64,000 nucleotides of DNA from assembly GCA_051362555.1 (NCBI GenBank), contig CM120649.1:15128001-15192000 (forward strand), in the 5' to 3' direction. A program made the position numbers and the translations under genes. Of the stretch, positions 13,227-26,053 are shown one piece after another (position 1 is the stretch's first letter; each line of letters opens with the position of its first letter). The stretch is from Lingula anatina (Eukaryota > Animalia > Brachiopoda). Under the pieces are notes generated by a model, which was not told the DNA's origin, made no database searches, and saw only the letters and a list, made by a program, of their open reading frames with translations.

Positions 13227-15919
13227 TTTTGAAAGAATTCTGCGCATGCGTTGTAAACCGTTTCTACTTAGCAGGACAAATATTAGGCAATCTGGGCCTC
13301 CAGCAGCTTGGGCTGTGTAGTAGACATCTAGGCAGCGTTGATTTTTTTTTCTTTTTTGTGTGTGTGTTGAACGTCTATGTACTTTGGAAATAAATGTCAA
13401 GCTATCAAGATCAGGATTTGACTTTTTTTAAAGATAAGAATAGGATTTGCTGGTTTATATAGTTGCGCTTAGGTATTTTACTGTGTTTAAAATTAAAAAA
13501 TGAGGTAATCAGAACTTATCGTTAATTTATCAAAATAAAAAACTGAATTATTCTAATGTAGCCGACTGTTATCCACCCATTTAGGCCTATGTAATGAAGT
13601 CACTTTTGACGCACCATGACGTCATGCCAGGACAAAATGCGATTGATATATATAGACATTGTTTGCTTGGAAAGGCTTGAATTTACAATGTTTTCATCAT
13701 TTCGTTTATGCGTAAGAAAACTGATTTAACGACCGTAGAAACATTTTGCCGGACGCAGTGCAAACATAAAACAAAATATTTTTTTTCTAATTCAATTCGG
13801 ACTCGGTCCTAGATTATTTAAAACCCAGATTTTAGCTGATTTTCGTCTAAAACGGAGCGCAATAAGACCAAATGTATTGACCACGTGAACCCCGTTAAAC
13901 CAAAGTTGGTCAGAATCCAAGCTTGGTGCGTCTTCGCTGAAGGCTAGATGTGTTTTCTCTAAATTTAGAGCAGGGTAAAGATACTGCATTTCCTGGTTTA
14001 TGTCTGGTTCACGTTAACCCCATATCACTAAGCATATATTTGTAAAAGCAACAGCATACTCTATCACCTGTTCATGAAGTTTTTAGTATTTTTTACAAAG
14101 TTCACTTTTAAAAAGTTTTAATTCTAACATTTCAAAGAAGGGTTTACCTGTAATTTTTGTATTCTACTCTGCAATATAACGTGTATCCATTTCAGCTAAT
14201 TTTGTAACGACTTTTGTATGCTGATATTGTACAATAAACAGTCTTGCTTCGAAATTGCCATGCTTGTTTTCCAATTATTACTGTGCCATCCCATAATCCG
14301 CCAATTGATTCTTTTGATACATTAAATCGCTAAAAGAAAGACGTAACGTGCATGTAGCACACCTGGCAATTCACAAACAACGAACGGCTCCACTATTCTG
14401 AAGATAAACGCACCAAAACCTTTTTTGTATCGCTATGTCCAGTTTCAATTTGCACGCGTTAATCCCTTATTTGCAAAGGTCGCCCTCATGGTCAATTATC
14501 TATCTGAGAAAACTTTCACCATGTTGGAGTGAATTCCAGGCAATGGCACTTGCTTTCAGACACAGCGATAAGACACATTTGTGACGAGGAAGTATTTTAT
14601 TATTACGTAGAAAAAAATGTGATACAAATAAACAATTCTAGCCAGCATATACCACGGTGCTTGTAAGTTGATAAAAATCAGCATTGTTTCCTGAATAATG
14701 TCAATAGACAATCTTTCATTTTAAGCAATTAAAGGCAATATAATTAGACAATTTAACTTAACTGTCAGAAATGGGTGCATAATTCTCTCAATGTGCAGGT
14801 TCCTTGCGATTTCACATTTGTAAACGGCTCAACCCAGAGATGAATGGGAGTGGAATGGCACAGTGAGAAAACTTCTTACACAGGTTGAGCATAAGCTCTA
14901 TTCCTTGCAATAAATGATGGACTAGCAACATAGTTTGTTTCAATGTAGTTTATACTTTCAACAGCAGCGATACCAAGGGAATCTAAAGGTCTTAGATTTT
15001 ATCTACTTTTAATCATCTAACATATTGCAAAGCGAGACCATTTCCACTCAAGGCTCTGGTTTTCCCGGACCATTAGCTTGTAAATCATCACGGCATTTGC
15101 CTGTCATTCTATAACATACAGGAACCCATAACGGTATTAAAATGAAGAAATTGTAAAAATCCTTTTGTCTACATGATGTTACATATTTTGCAGTTGAAAA
15201 ACATTTCTGTTAGATGAAATTGGAAATGCATGCTTCAAACAATATATACCTCTTAAGCTGGCTACTTTTTTTAAAGTTCTCATCACAAACAGCAAGATGT
15301 AAATTTTTTATCAAAACACAATATGTATATCTATGCCTTTGTAAGCGATAAGAAAAATTATGAGAAAATATATGTATCATGAAAAAATAAAATATTTTTC
15401 TCCACTAAGGCACCTTATCTACAAAAAGATTAATGCTAATTAAAAGGTCCCGTCGCATACTTGCCGTTTATAAACTTTCAGTTCTGGTCCAGTAGGAACC
15501 AACCTGCTAGAAACGTATAGATTGAATCTCTCTCGTCTACTTTGTAAGCAAAATATCTATTAAGATACTGAAAATACCAAACAACTAATCTTCCTATTTC
15601 CTATATATAAAAATGCCAATAGATGCCTAAAATATTAACATAAACCCATTCTTCACCATCTATACAATACAATACAATATGTTCTTGGGTAATATCTCAA
15701 TTAGTCTCTATAAAAGACAAGGGCTTTGTGTAATTGGCATGAATCACCTATAATGCTACTCGTACATTAAATGATTACAATTTGACCCAAGTCTAAAAAC
15801 TATTCTAGCCTAAACCTACATATAACATTACGGAACGGTTATTGAATCAGACTACATGCACGTACAAAAACGGCCTCTCTTTTTACCAATGGGAAGGCGC
15901 CTACTCATTCTGTGCGGAT

Positions 15920-18900
15920 CTACACTTTTGGTTGGACGCCGCCATCAACTAATTGCTGGTAGTAGAAAGATACACAGACCATGGCGTAGATCTAAAAGGA
16001 AAAAATAAAAAAGATTCTCAATAAACGAGGAGAAGGATTTTATGACGTTTTATAACGTTACCATAACGTGACCATAACGTTCTTTGGTCATAATAACGTT
16101 ATGGTAACGCTTTAATAACGTTCAATGTTTGCTGGGTTTGTGGCAGACGTGTCGACCATGGAGGCATTATTTAAAAACATTAATCATCAATCCTATTTAT
16201 TATCCCCTATAATCTAGCGCTTTTGTTAACATTTTGTACATTTGCATTTGCTACTGTATGCAGGGCCGTATTAGCTGTGAAAATTGCTAGAGGAAATCGT
16301 CTAGTGTTTAGTCTGATACAATTTATTCGTTTTCTTTCTGTTATAATGCATCAGTGAACATGTTATCTGTCTGTATTTATGCCAGTGACCCGTATCAGTA
16401 TGCAGTCGTGTATGTCGACAAATAATTGACCATGCCAGTACCATGTACCGGTGTGACAGGAATGGCAGTCCGCTAGGAACCGTAGTCCATTTCCCATTAC
16501 TTTGTACAGGTGACATTCGTGCCATAACCCCCCACCCCCCCCCCACCCCCCACCCCACCCCATTCTCGGACTAACCCTAACCTGTACTAATCATATGGAA
16601 CCCGGACGTCCATTCCTAGCACTACCATTCTTCTAACACAGGATTTGTGGTAGTTTTAATCAATAAAGTTTCCATTTCAACTTCTTTTCCAATAGCGGCA
16701 GTCATGACGTTATTGTTATTATTATTTGACTCAGCTTATAATGATACGAGTTAACGTTGTTAGCTGTCTAGACTGCTTTTACTATTGCAACTATTTGTTT
16801 TGCAGTTCATGCATTTCAATACCATCATTATTAGAAAATATACACCTTTAGAATATCTGCGAGACAAGGAATAGTTAGAGGAGACATACTTACATTTAGA
16901 GCCAGAATTATCGCTGCAATAACCACAGTTATCCAGAAAATTGGAGCCACGACTGTAAAGAAAATCAAATAATTTTTAAAAATAAAATAAAAAAAAAAAA
17001 CCAACCAAGCATTTTCCTCCACTTGTGTATAATATATGTTATTGCCATGGTTGATCTCTAACGTTTGATTCCCCTAGAACATGTTTTATGTTACATTCTC
17101 AGGGATAATTAGAGTACACACACACACACTAGAGCAAAAAAGAAAAGAGAAAATAAGAGAGAAAAGAGAGAAGAGAAATTTTAAACAAAAAGACAAGGAG
17201 AGAATTAAGAACAAAAAATCTTGATAACACCGAAGATACTTACTAGCAACAATGATGAAGTATATGAGGGTGATTAACTGAAAGAGGCAGATTAACCCAG
17301 TCACGATGAGCCAAGGAAGAAACATGTAACGGTTACTCTGAAAGAAAATACGACATATCAGTGCCTTTAATATATGTTGTACACATGTATATACCTCGGA
17401 CCCAATACATGTTTCCTTTATTTCTTGTTCTGATGCTAACAATTCAGAATAAGGGCCCATTCCAGCAGATATTTGGATCGATCTATCTCCCTGGGGAGTC
17501 TCACTAAATTGCCATCAACTTAACCGGGTTAAATGTCAGTCATGCCAAGTAAAGCTCTTAGTGGTTAATTATCTTTACCCCCTAGCTGATTTGGTAGGCG
17601 TGACAGAAATTTAAGCCGGTTAGTTGATAGAAATTTAGTGAGACTTCCCAGGGAGTTAGACCGATCCAGATGGATCGATCTAGGCATGGGAACCCAGTCT
17701 AAATAAAACTTCTATCTATCTATCTATCTATGACGGGTCCAAGATACCCATACTAGTACCACCATTGCGTCTGTATATTATTATTGGCTATTGGCTATAT
17801 ACGGATTCCACCAAAACAAAAACTAGTAAATAACAAAGGGCCGACGTGTATCAGTTCAAGCCACCTTTTCTATCGTTTTCTTCTCAACGTGACGTGGGTT
17901 TCTGATTTCCTGTATCTGTCGGTGTAGATCACAGCTGATGGAAGGTCAGCAGGCCGGCGGTGAGTGCTCCATAAAAACAAAACGTGGTTGTGTTTTCGGT
18001 GCCTAGAAATCTCCTCCCTCATTATCACCTCGTGTATATTTCCGACGGTTCTGTGCTAGTGTTTTCAATAGACACACCAGCAATTTTATGCAATTAGATA
18101 CTTGGTAGTCTACTACTACTACTAATAATAATAATAATAATAATGTTAATAAAAAATAATGAAATTTTATTCATATTTGCAACCACGAGGTTGAAGTATT
18201 TCAATAAACGATTTTAATTATTAAAATACATTAATCATCAAAATGTTATTCTCAGAGATGGCGTTTTGGACACACTCAAAGTGTTCGCATTGTTCCTCTG
18301 TAAAAAACTAGGTCTCCATACAGGGCAAGCTATCAATACGTCTCCATACAGGGCAAGCTATCAATACATCCTCGGTGGCTGAATTTTACCTTTTGGAGAT
18401 TAATATGTCAAAGGTCTCGGATAACAATCATTTTAAAATCTAACCAATCCGATGATTAGTCACTGGGCTCTAAGACTGATAAAATATAATTGACCGAATT
18501 CCACAGGCTTTAATAATCCCGTATTTTGTAAAAAAGAAACATGAAAAATAAAACACTCCCTTTTAGATAATGGATTTCCATCCTAGTTAATCACAAAAAA
18601 GTTCCAGATATTTACAATCACCACTGATGCAGTAGACGATTGAAATAGTTTGGCCGTGCTGACTAATTCTTATATATAGGCCTATATACTAGTGCACACA
18701 TACCAAACATTGCACACGTACATACTGCAAGTGACATTGTCAAAACGCCTAAAAAACTCTTGAGTCGAAACAACACATGCGCAGCTGCGAATGGGGTAAA
18801 TCATTTTTGACAGTCCGAACCAAAGGCGTGTTCCTTGCCCCGTCTTTCAAAGCGACCTTTCAGCGAGCGAAGGCTGCATACCCGTATCAGAACGCTGGTC

Positions 18901-21317
18901 GAAAGTGGAGCAAGGTCTTGGGGAAGGCAGTTGTATATAGATAAAAACAGGATGGCGTCTTGGTACTAGATCAAATCAGCTTGACTCAGATAAACCAAGG
19001 GGTATTTGTTCCTCTTTTGATGGTGATGTATCACTTACATGTGTACAATATTCCTGACCATGGTATGTTGGCAAAAAAAAATGGTCAAAACTATCTAATG
19101 CAACATTTTGCGACTCCTATTTCAGTGACGACATCACTGATCAACTAAAGTAACTTTCTCTCTAGACAAAAATCCCAGATTTTAATCATACGGTAACATG
19201 AAAATAGATTCTTTGGTCGAAGTAGAGGTGCCTAGCAAAAATGGAATTTGGATAATCAATCCCCGCCCAAAATTGGAAGAATTCCAGCCTGGAAGGCACA
19301 CGAATGTTCGTTATGCATGCCCTTTTTATGCTCGTCTGCTTGACCCAGAAAATAACAAAATGCCATTACTTCTGCTCACAACGCATTGATTACTGAACTG
19401 ACGCTTTTTAAATTTGAATTTTGACTTTGTGTTTCATTGGCAGGTCATTGTTATCAAGAGTGGGGAGGGTTGGTCCTGCCCCCTCCTTTTATGTTTTGCT
19501 GGACAGAAGCACACGAAAAAGGGACGTTCCGTTTACGCCACACGGCTGGCAAGAGCATGGAATGTTGTGCCTTTTTTACCTCCATACTTCTTCCAAGCTA
19601 AGCTGGGGCTCTCCAGAAATAGTGATGTACAATATAATTAAAATACTAACAATTTTATAGACCTACCTGGGATAATCCGACCAACAAAATGATGGAAGTA
19701 ATAATCCAAATTACTAGCAGAGCAATGCCCAGGAAAGTGTTCCAACTAATTGACGACCGTGCTGAAAAACGAAAATTATGTTTTTTCATAGTGCAATATT
19801 ACAAAATCCAAACTCTTGAAATATGAAAATAAAGCAGTGTAATGAAATTTAGCTCTTATGGGTCGACTACTCTACACAATTACACGACGGCTTTCTTGTA
19901 GATATTTTTATCCGGTGTTTCGGGCTATGGATCAAATTGTTACAGTCGCATTGACTCGATACACGAGTCTCACTCAACTGCCCCAATAAATACAATAAAT
20001 TAGTAGTACCAACAATCTCTCAAGGATATTTCTTAAAAATTATCACACATATAGACAGATACCCGGAGATCATAATGCGTGGGTCTCATACGTGTCATAA
20101 ACAATAGTGTAGCGCCCGAATAGACGGGAACTGAATGAAAATGCGTAGAATTCACTAAGCCATGACCATCCGGGTAACGCGCGCATGCTCTTTCAAAGCG
20201 TATGCTTTACAATGTTCTATAATTGAATAGTTGAATTGATTCCAAACTCACTGTTTGAGGCAGCTTGGTAGATGTACCATAGCAGATTCAGTATGCCGGC
20301 AACCTATTGAAACCAGAAAAAAGGGATGTTATCAAAATATATATAAAACAGGCAAAAAGATGAAAGACTTATTCACTAGATCTGTTGAAACCCATATGTG
20401 TGAAATCTTTTTTTAAAGCAAATACGAACCCTAATGAGTAAAACAAGCTTATTGTGTTCAACAGTACACAATTTGGAGATAAATGTTTGTTGTGTGGTGC
20501 TTTTTGATTTGTTTATATATATATATATATTATATATATATATAGTGTCATCAGTCAAAATGGCTGTCTGAATTCGAAGTTTGTATTTGGAAATGATGAA
20601 ACACAAACTGAATATATATAAATACAATATGGAGAAAAAGATGCCGCCGGATTGTGCGTTGTAAGTACATTATATTAAAAATCCTTTAAGCGTCTTCGTG
20701 TGATTCATAATTTATTCAGTTTGTGTTTCATCATTTACAAATGCAAGCTTCGAATTCAGACAGCCATTTTGGCTGATGACACTAAGATAAATATAAATTA
20801 TATATGAAACGCATTAATGGGATCCGAGCGTGAATGCTCTTGAACAGGCGTGCTTTTAATATGGCAGTTAAACTAAAATCGCCTGTTCTACAACCAACAC
20901 GTTCGCATTTGTAATGTACCTGTGAAAACATCAGAAGGTCTGGCAAATTTGAGGTGTGATTTTTTATTCAGCTGGAATTTTTGAAAAGCAAATTAACAAC
21001 ATTTGTAAGGCAGCATCCTTTTCACTACGGAAAATAGTCAAGAGTCGTAACTTACTTGACATACCAACAAGAACGTAATCAGACCTTGCTTTTGTTACCT
21101 CAAAAATGATATGCGCTATAAAAGGAATAAATAAGCCTACCATTACGTTTGTTTCGCGTGCGACCACTTAACGGTTCTAAGAGCTGGTGGTTGAAGTCAC
21201 TTGAATAGTCAAAGCCTTTTTCTCGATCATTAACAACATAAATTCACCTACCAGCGTCCATATTCCGCTGGCCCTGGACCCTTGCAAAAGATTCCAACAA
21301 CCGCAGCAAGTCTGCAT
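15920..21317 (-). CDS. Six-exon LAPTM4/DUF4728-like four-TM protein, 145 aa (gene 3)
   Basis: Exons 21317-21252, 20303-20252, 19761-19667, 17337-17244, 16952-16894, 15991-15920; GT-AG with the same phases as gene 2 (66/94/59-nt exons are the same length). Protein: MQTCCGCWNLLQGSRASGIWTLVAGILNLLWYIYQAASNTRSSISWNTFLGIALLVIWIITSIILLVGLSQSNRYMFLPWLIVTGLICLFQLITLIYFIIVAIVAPIFWITVVIAAIILALNIYAMVCVSFYYQQLVDGGVQPKV. Confidence 0.88.
16040..16136. mobile_element. Remnant end of an EnSpm/CMC-like non-autonomous element
   Basis: Clustered ATAACGTT subterminal repeats ending in TGTTTGCTGGG. Confidence 0.4.
16448..16640. mobile_element. Helentron/HINE-like repeat copy in gene 3 intron 5
   Basis: Inverted similarity to 11590-11766; CTAACCCTAACC motif; C-rich tract. 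Confidence 0.5.
17453..17695. mobile_element. Palindromic MITE in gene 3 intron 3
   Basis: CTCCCTGGGGAGTCTCACTAAATT...TCAACT pairs with AGTTGATAGAAATTTAGTGAGACTTCCCAGGGAG; GGG...CCC ends. Confidence 0.7.
18312..18367. repeat. Perfect 28-bp tandem duplication
   Basis: gtctccatacagggcaagctatcaatac x2. Confidence 0.9.
20543..20784. repeat. ~70-bp inverted repeat (foldback/MITE) in gene 3 intron 1
   Basis: tagtgtcatcagtcaaaatggctgtctgaattcgaag...acacaaactgaata pairs with tattcagtttgtgt...cttcgaattcagacagccattttggctgatgacacta. Confidence 0.8.
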
Positions 21318-21757
21318 CTTGAGTTAGCCACAAAAATAGGAATCACGAAATCGTCTCCGAGAAAACGCCCAGTTAAGTCTCCTCCGCGATCAACGGCAAG
21401 CTAACGGAAGAGGTGCCGCTAACCTAGATGCAAATGTTGAACTGTGACGTTCCTTAATATTAAAGGCTGAGCCATACGCGCTGCTCACGGCCACGATATA
21501 GGATATGGCATCTTCTAGCACCCTGAGTGTCGGCAGACGCAGGAAAATCGTCCATATTTGCCCCTCTCTCCTGGGCAAAATGTTTTTAACTTTGCCTTCT
21601 CATACTTAAGTAAAATCAAGGAGTCTCCAGAGTTTACAAGACTATTTCCATCCACAGCAGACGAACTTTGACAGCGGGGATTTGCACATTTTAATGCCAG
21701 TTGTATAGATCTGTGCTATAAACCCTACGTATCACAGTTACTGCATCGCAACTTACA

Positions 21758-21925
21758 CAGGGGCGGATCCTGAGATATTTTCTGACAGTATTCCAAGTTA
21801 TCCTTGTTGATTGATCCTCCATTTTTGATGGTTTTCCAACAGAAAAAAAATTAGATACTCGTCATTGTAAACTTTAAACTCTGACCGTCTTCCGGAAGAC
21901 CTAGAAGACGGTCTCAATCCACCAT
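21758..21925. mobile_element. Degenerate inverted copy of the CAGGGGCGGAT MITE
   Basis: Reverse-complement similarity to 1611-1781 and 22760-22931. Confidence 0.65.
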
Positions 21926-22164
21926 TGGCCTATGACTCTCACAGCATTCACGCTTATGGTAAAGTCGAGTTTGTTAGTTATATGGAAAACTCAGGGTGCA
22001 ATATGATAGGGGCCCAGCAAGGCTTCTTCTGTGTGTACTGGCACATCTGAATCTCCTCACTCCTTCCTCTGCTTTGAGTTTCCCTTCAACAGCTGGAAAA
22101 GTAGTAACACGGGTGAATGAGCAGGAGGTCGCCAGAACTCGGTTTCTTTGTTTACGGTTCGGGG

Positions 22165-22196
<32 letters not shown>

Positions 22197-22759
22197 CAAA
22201 TCACATAATAAATGCTAAAGCTGTTGTTTCGCTGTTATTGGTATTCTAAAAACATGGGAAGAAGAAGTAAGATTTATCAGTCCATGCCAATTCCATATAT
22301 TCTACACTCCCCCAACAAACAAAAATGAAATAAATAAATAAATAAAAATAGCGTGTGGAGACCCGAATGCGGGAAAATCCAGCAAATTGCAATTTGTCAC
22401 CAACGAACCGTCACCTATCTGTAGGAAATTAACTTAAATCTATACATATAATACACACACATCCACACACACACGACAGCAAGAAAATCCCGTTTTATCC
22501 GTCAGTGCACATCCGTGCTCAAAATGATAAACAAAACAAAATAAACAAATAATAAACAGTCCAGAATGTCCCAGTACGGTCTTTTTAGCTCATATGGCTG
22601 ATAACCTATATGTACATGTAGCTGACCACAAATCTAATTTGTCTGCTACCCGGTCTACTAAGTACAGGGCATATGGTGCGTGCCTACAGATTAATTTGCC
22701 GTGGTGGACTCATCATTACCTGTCGACTTGCTGAGATGGGCTAAAATGAGTAAGTTCAA

Positions 22760-22931
22760 CAGGGGCGGATTTAGGCCGTCTTCTGGGTCTTCCGGAAGAC
22801 GGTCAGATTTTCAAGTTTACATTGACGGGTATCTAATTTTTTCTGTCAGAAGACGGTCAAAAATGAGGATGGATCAACAAAGATAATTTGGAAGACTGTC
22901 AGAAAATAAAATAGCTCTGGATCCGCCCCTG
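22760..22931. mobile_element. MITE with CAGGGGCGGAT...ATCCGCCCCTG TIRs
   Basis: Terminal inverted repeats; near-identical to 1611-1781. Confidence 0.8.
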
Positions 22932-23004
22932 AGTTGGGCTTAATTTGGCTGGAAACCTGACTTAAGTTGATACATAGTTTTTACATCCGTTATAGTATAG
23001 CCTG

Positions 23005-23172
23005 CAGGCCCGTAGCCAGCAATTTCAAAAGGGGGGTTCTTTTTCTGAAAAAGTGGACCTTTTTTCCATAAAAACTTCATGTACCTAGGTCAAATTTCAC
23101 CCAGAGTGGACCTTTCCCAGCAAAAGGGGCGGTTCTTTCGAACCCCCCGAACCCCCCCTGGCTACGGGCCTG
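23005..23172. mobile_element. MITE with CAGGCCCGTAGCC TIRs and 5-bp TSD GCCTG
   Basis: 13-bp perfect TIR; GCCTG at 23000-23004 and 23173-23177. Confidence 0.85.
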
Positions 23173-23525
23173 GCCTGTATTTCATATTAAACAATATTGT
23201 CAATCTCCGTGATGTCTTATTGCAAAGTGAACGCGATACATGGCTAGAAAACGTAATTATAAAACCACGAACAATGTCAGATGAGGGGCATGTATTAGAT
23301 ATAAATATCACATGAATGACAGCGCAATTCGTAGAGCGAATATTCATATTATCTCTCAGTACATTTTCTCTATATAGTCTATGCCTACGTACATGTATAG
23401 TCATTCATAAATGACAGTTTTTTTTACAGTAGCTAGGGGGTTCGAGGGGTTCAAACGCTCTGCGTCAAAATTAATCTACCTGTAGGTACATGAAGGTTTC
23501 ATGGTAAAAGGTTCACTTTTTCAGA

Positions 23526-23950
23526 GCCTGCATTGCCAACAGCGGACTAATAGATCCGCGGATCAAACATGGCCGACACATTTGAATGATTGGGGCCATT
23601 CGGAATGAGAAGATCCGAGTGCTGACTGGTCCATGGACGCGTCGTCCCTCGACCTGTCGAATTGAGACGAGATGTAATTACTGTGTCCCTGCAGGGACGA
23701 CGCGTGGGGAGGCGTGAAAGAGGCGGAGAGACCATTACAGGATTAAGCAGTCTTCTTTTCATGTAGGTCCGCCATATTAAGGTCGTGGACTAGTTAGCAC
23801 CCGGATCTTCTCATTCTGAATGGCCCCATTGGCGCGTAATCCCCGTGGGGAATCTATTCAGTGGCAATAACGAGATTATGCGGCAAGCTTTCAAGGGGGC
23901 CGCCAAATTTGATCCGCGTATATGTTAGTCCGCTGTTCTGAATACGTCCT
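23526..23950. mobile_element. Harbinger-like MITE containing a second nested MITE (23592-23827)
   Basis: Outer ends AACAGCGGACTAA / TTAGTCCGCTGTT. Inner TIR GGGGCCATTCGGAATGAGAAGATCCG / CGGATCTTCTCATTCTGAATGGCCCC with ATT on both sides. Absent from the paralogous sites at ~33265 and ~55155. Confidence 0.75.
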
Positions 23951-26053
23951 TGGAAAGAAAACCCCCTTCGTTGGTTACGGACCTGCGTTATAATCCTTTA
24001 TAATGCATAAAACACGTACGTGTATTTGTCGCGGTTATTAGATTATATGAGATCCATCATATAAACAGGTGCAGCCTGCAGACAGTTTAGACACGCTGTG
24101 TACGTGACGAGCTTGTAAAAAAATTAATAATCTTTCAAATTTAATCTAAGACAGAATATGGGTGCTAGGTGAAATGTACAGTCCAAAATAGACTAGAGTG
24201 AACTGTGACAGGAAACAGTGGGTGTTTCATGTTAAAGGAAAGATGTACAGTCAAAAAGGGCGTTACGTATTTCTGCATTTATATGAAGCATATATCATTA
24301 TACTACAACCTGTAGTACAGGTTGCACGCCAACCCCATCACTGTAGAGCCTTTGATGTCGATATTTGATTGCGTTGTCTCAACCGGATTTCTTGTTTTGA
24401 TCTCCCCTACCACATTCACGATCAGTCCGTGCATAAAGTCGAATTCTGTGCCTCGAATAAGAAATAACTAGTTCTAATCATCAGAAAAAGAATTATTTAT
24501 AAAGACCGTGGATTCCTTTGTTTCACGGCGTTATTAATATTGCTTTGAACGTTATTGAATGGGAACTTCCACGTTTGAATTTTAATTTAAACCATTTAGT
24601 TAAACGAGCTCCTTTTCTACCTAAAAAGTGGTAGAAATAGATCCACGTGAATAATCCATAAACGGGGGTAAAATTGCATTACAACATGAGGGTTAGTTAC
24701 ATGGTCTATACTTTTTATTCTATTTGTAAGTGCTGGTTCATTTCGCTTTAATTATGGTTTACTTCTTTTGATACTCTTCTTACAATTCACGAAACACGAC
24801 CTAAATGTTATGCAAAAAAAACCACGGCGGATAACCACGCTTTTTGAAAGTAAAGCACAACAAATTATTGTAAATACATTACTTTATTTCTAATAAACAC
24901 GTAAACATTAGAGGAAACTAAAATCGCAGAATGAGGATAACGCTCTGGGTTACACTGCAAAGATATGCTATATCATAAACGTCATAATATGTACATTTCA
25001 TACAGGATTTCAGAAAGACGCTACATCGGCACACGACAAAAATATACAACATCCAAACAGAAGAAGATATACCATCTGGTTGCTGAACAGGATCCAGAAG
25101 CCATAAACCATGACAAAAAACACCCTCTATTAGATAAAATGTAAATAAAATTTACTCGGGACACGATGGATGATGCAAATATATTAGCTTATTAATGCAG
25201 TCCACACTGACTTGAATGACGGCTAAATATTTGACAGACTAAATGTAAGCAAAAGTTCTTCCTGATATGACGAAATTTAATGAAAACGTACACGGCATGT
25301 AATACTGGAAGCGCACAAGCATAAGATACCGGTACGTCACGTATATAAGTACCTGTTCAGACAGCCAAGGTTTCATTTAATATAGATTTAGGGCGGCCAC
25401 GAACATTGAAGATTACCCTAAGGAAAAATATTACAATTCTTGTTTGCATGTGTGAGCCGATTAAAAGAAAGATGCATTTGTATACAAAACCATAGAATTC
25501 CATCCATGTAACGGTACATGTAGTCATCAAAAAGAGCAATCCGATTAGAAATGTCTTCATTACAAATGGATGGTGTAACATAAGGAAATGACGGAGAGAG
25601 CAGCAGTGTTGACGTTAGAAAAAGTATCCGTAGGTATAAATTTGACAGCAGGCAGCATAAAAACGTTGATCTCATAACCTGAATTGACAACCTTAACAGC
25701 ATCGGAAGAAATTTCATAAATTATCTTGAAAGCGTAAAACATGCTACAACGTATCCATGTTGCCCTTTAAGTATGATGACGTTTCCATATTTTCCCTGTG
25801 ACTAATTCACCAAGGGCTCGTTGGAAAAATCCTTAGTTATTTGACCATTTTGTGTTCTCTTACGGAGAGCCAATCTGTAAGCCGAAGTCAACAAACCATA
25901 GTTTACAAGAAATTTAATTTACCAACCATACATTTCTTGAATATATAAGGTACGAATAAAATGAGATACAAAAAGATTGTATTATTGTGCTAATATTGGT
26001 TCCTTCCCATGCGGATTATATCCTGTATATATTTTTTCAGTATGCGTCGTTGT

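Noticed and set aside
18800-19150. Possible LINE remnant (minus-strand ...KRGTNTPWF...)
   Set aside because: Only a short motif among many stops; no RT or endonuclease motif recognisable.
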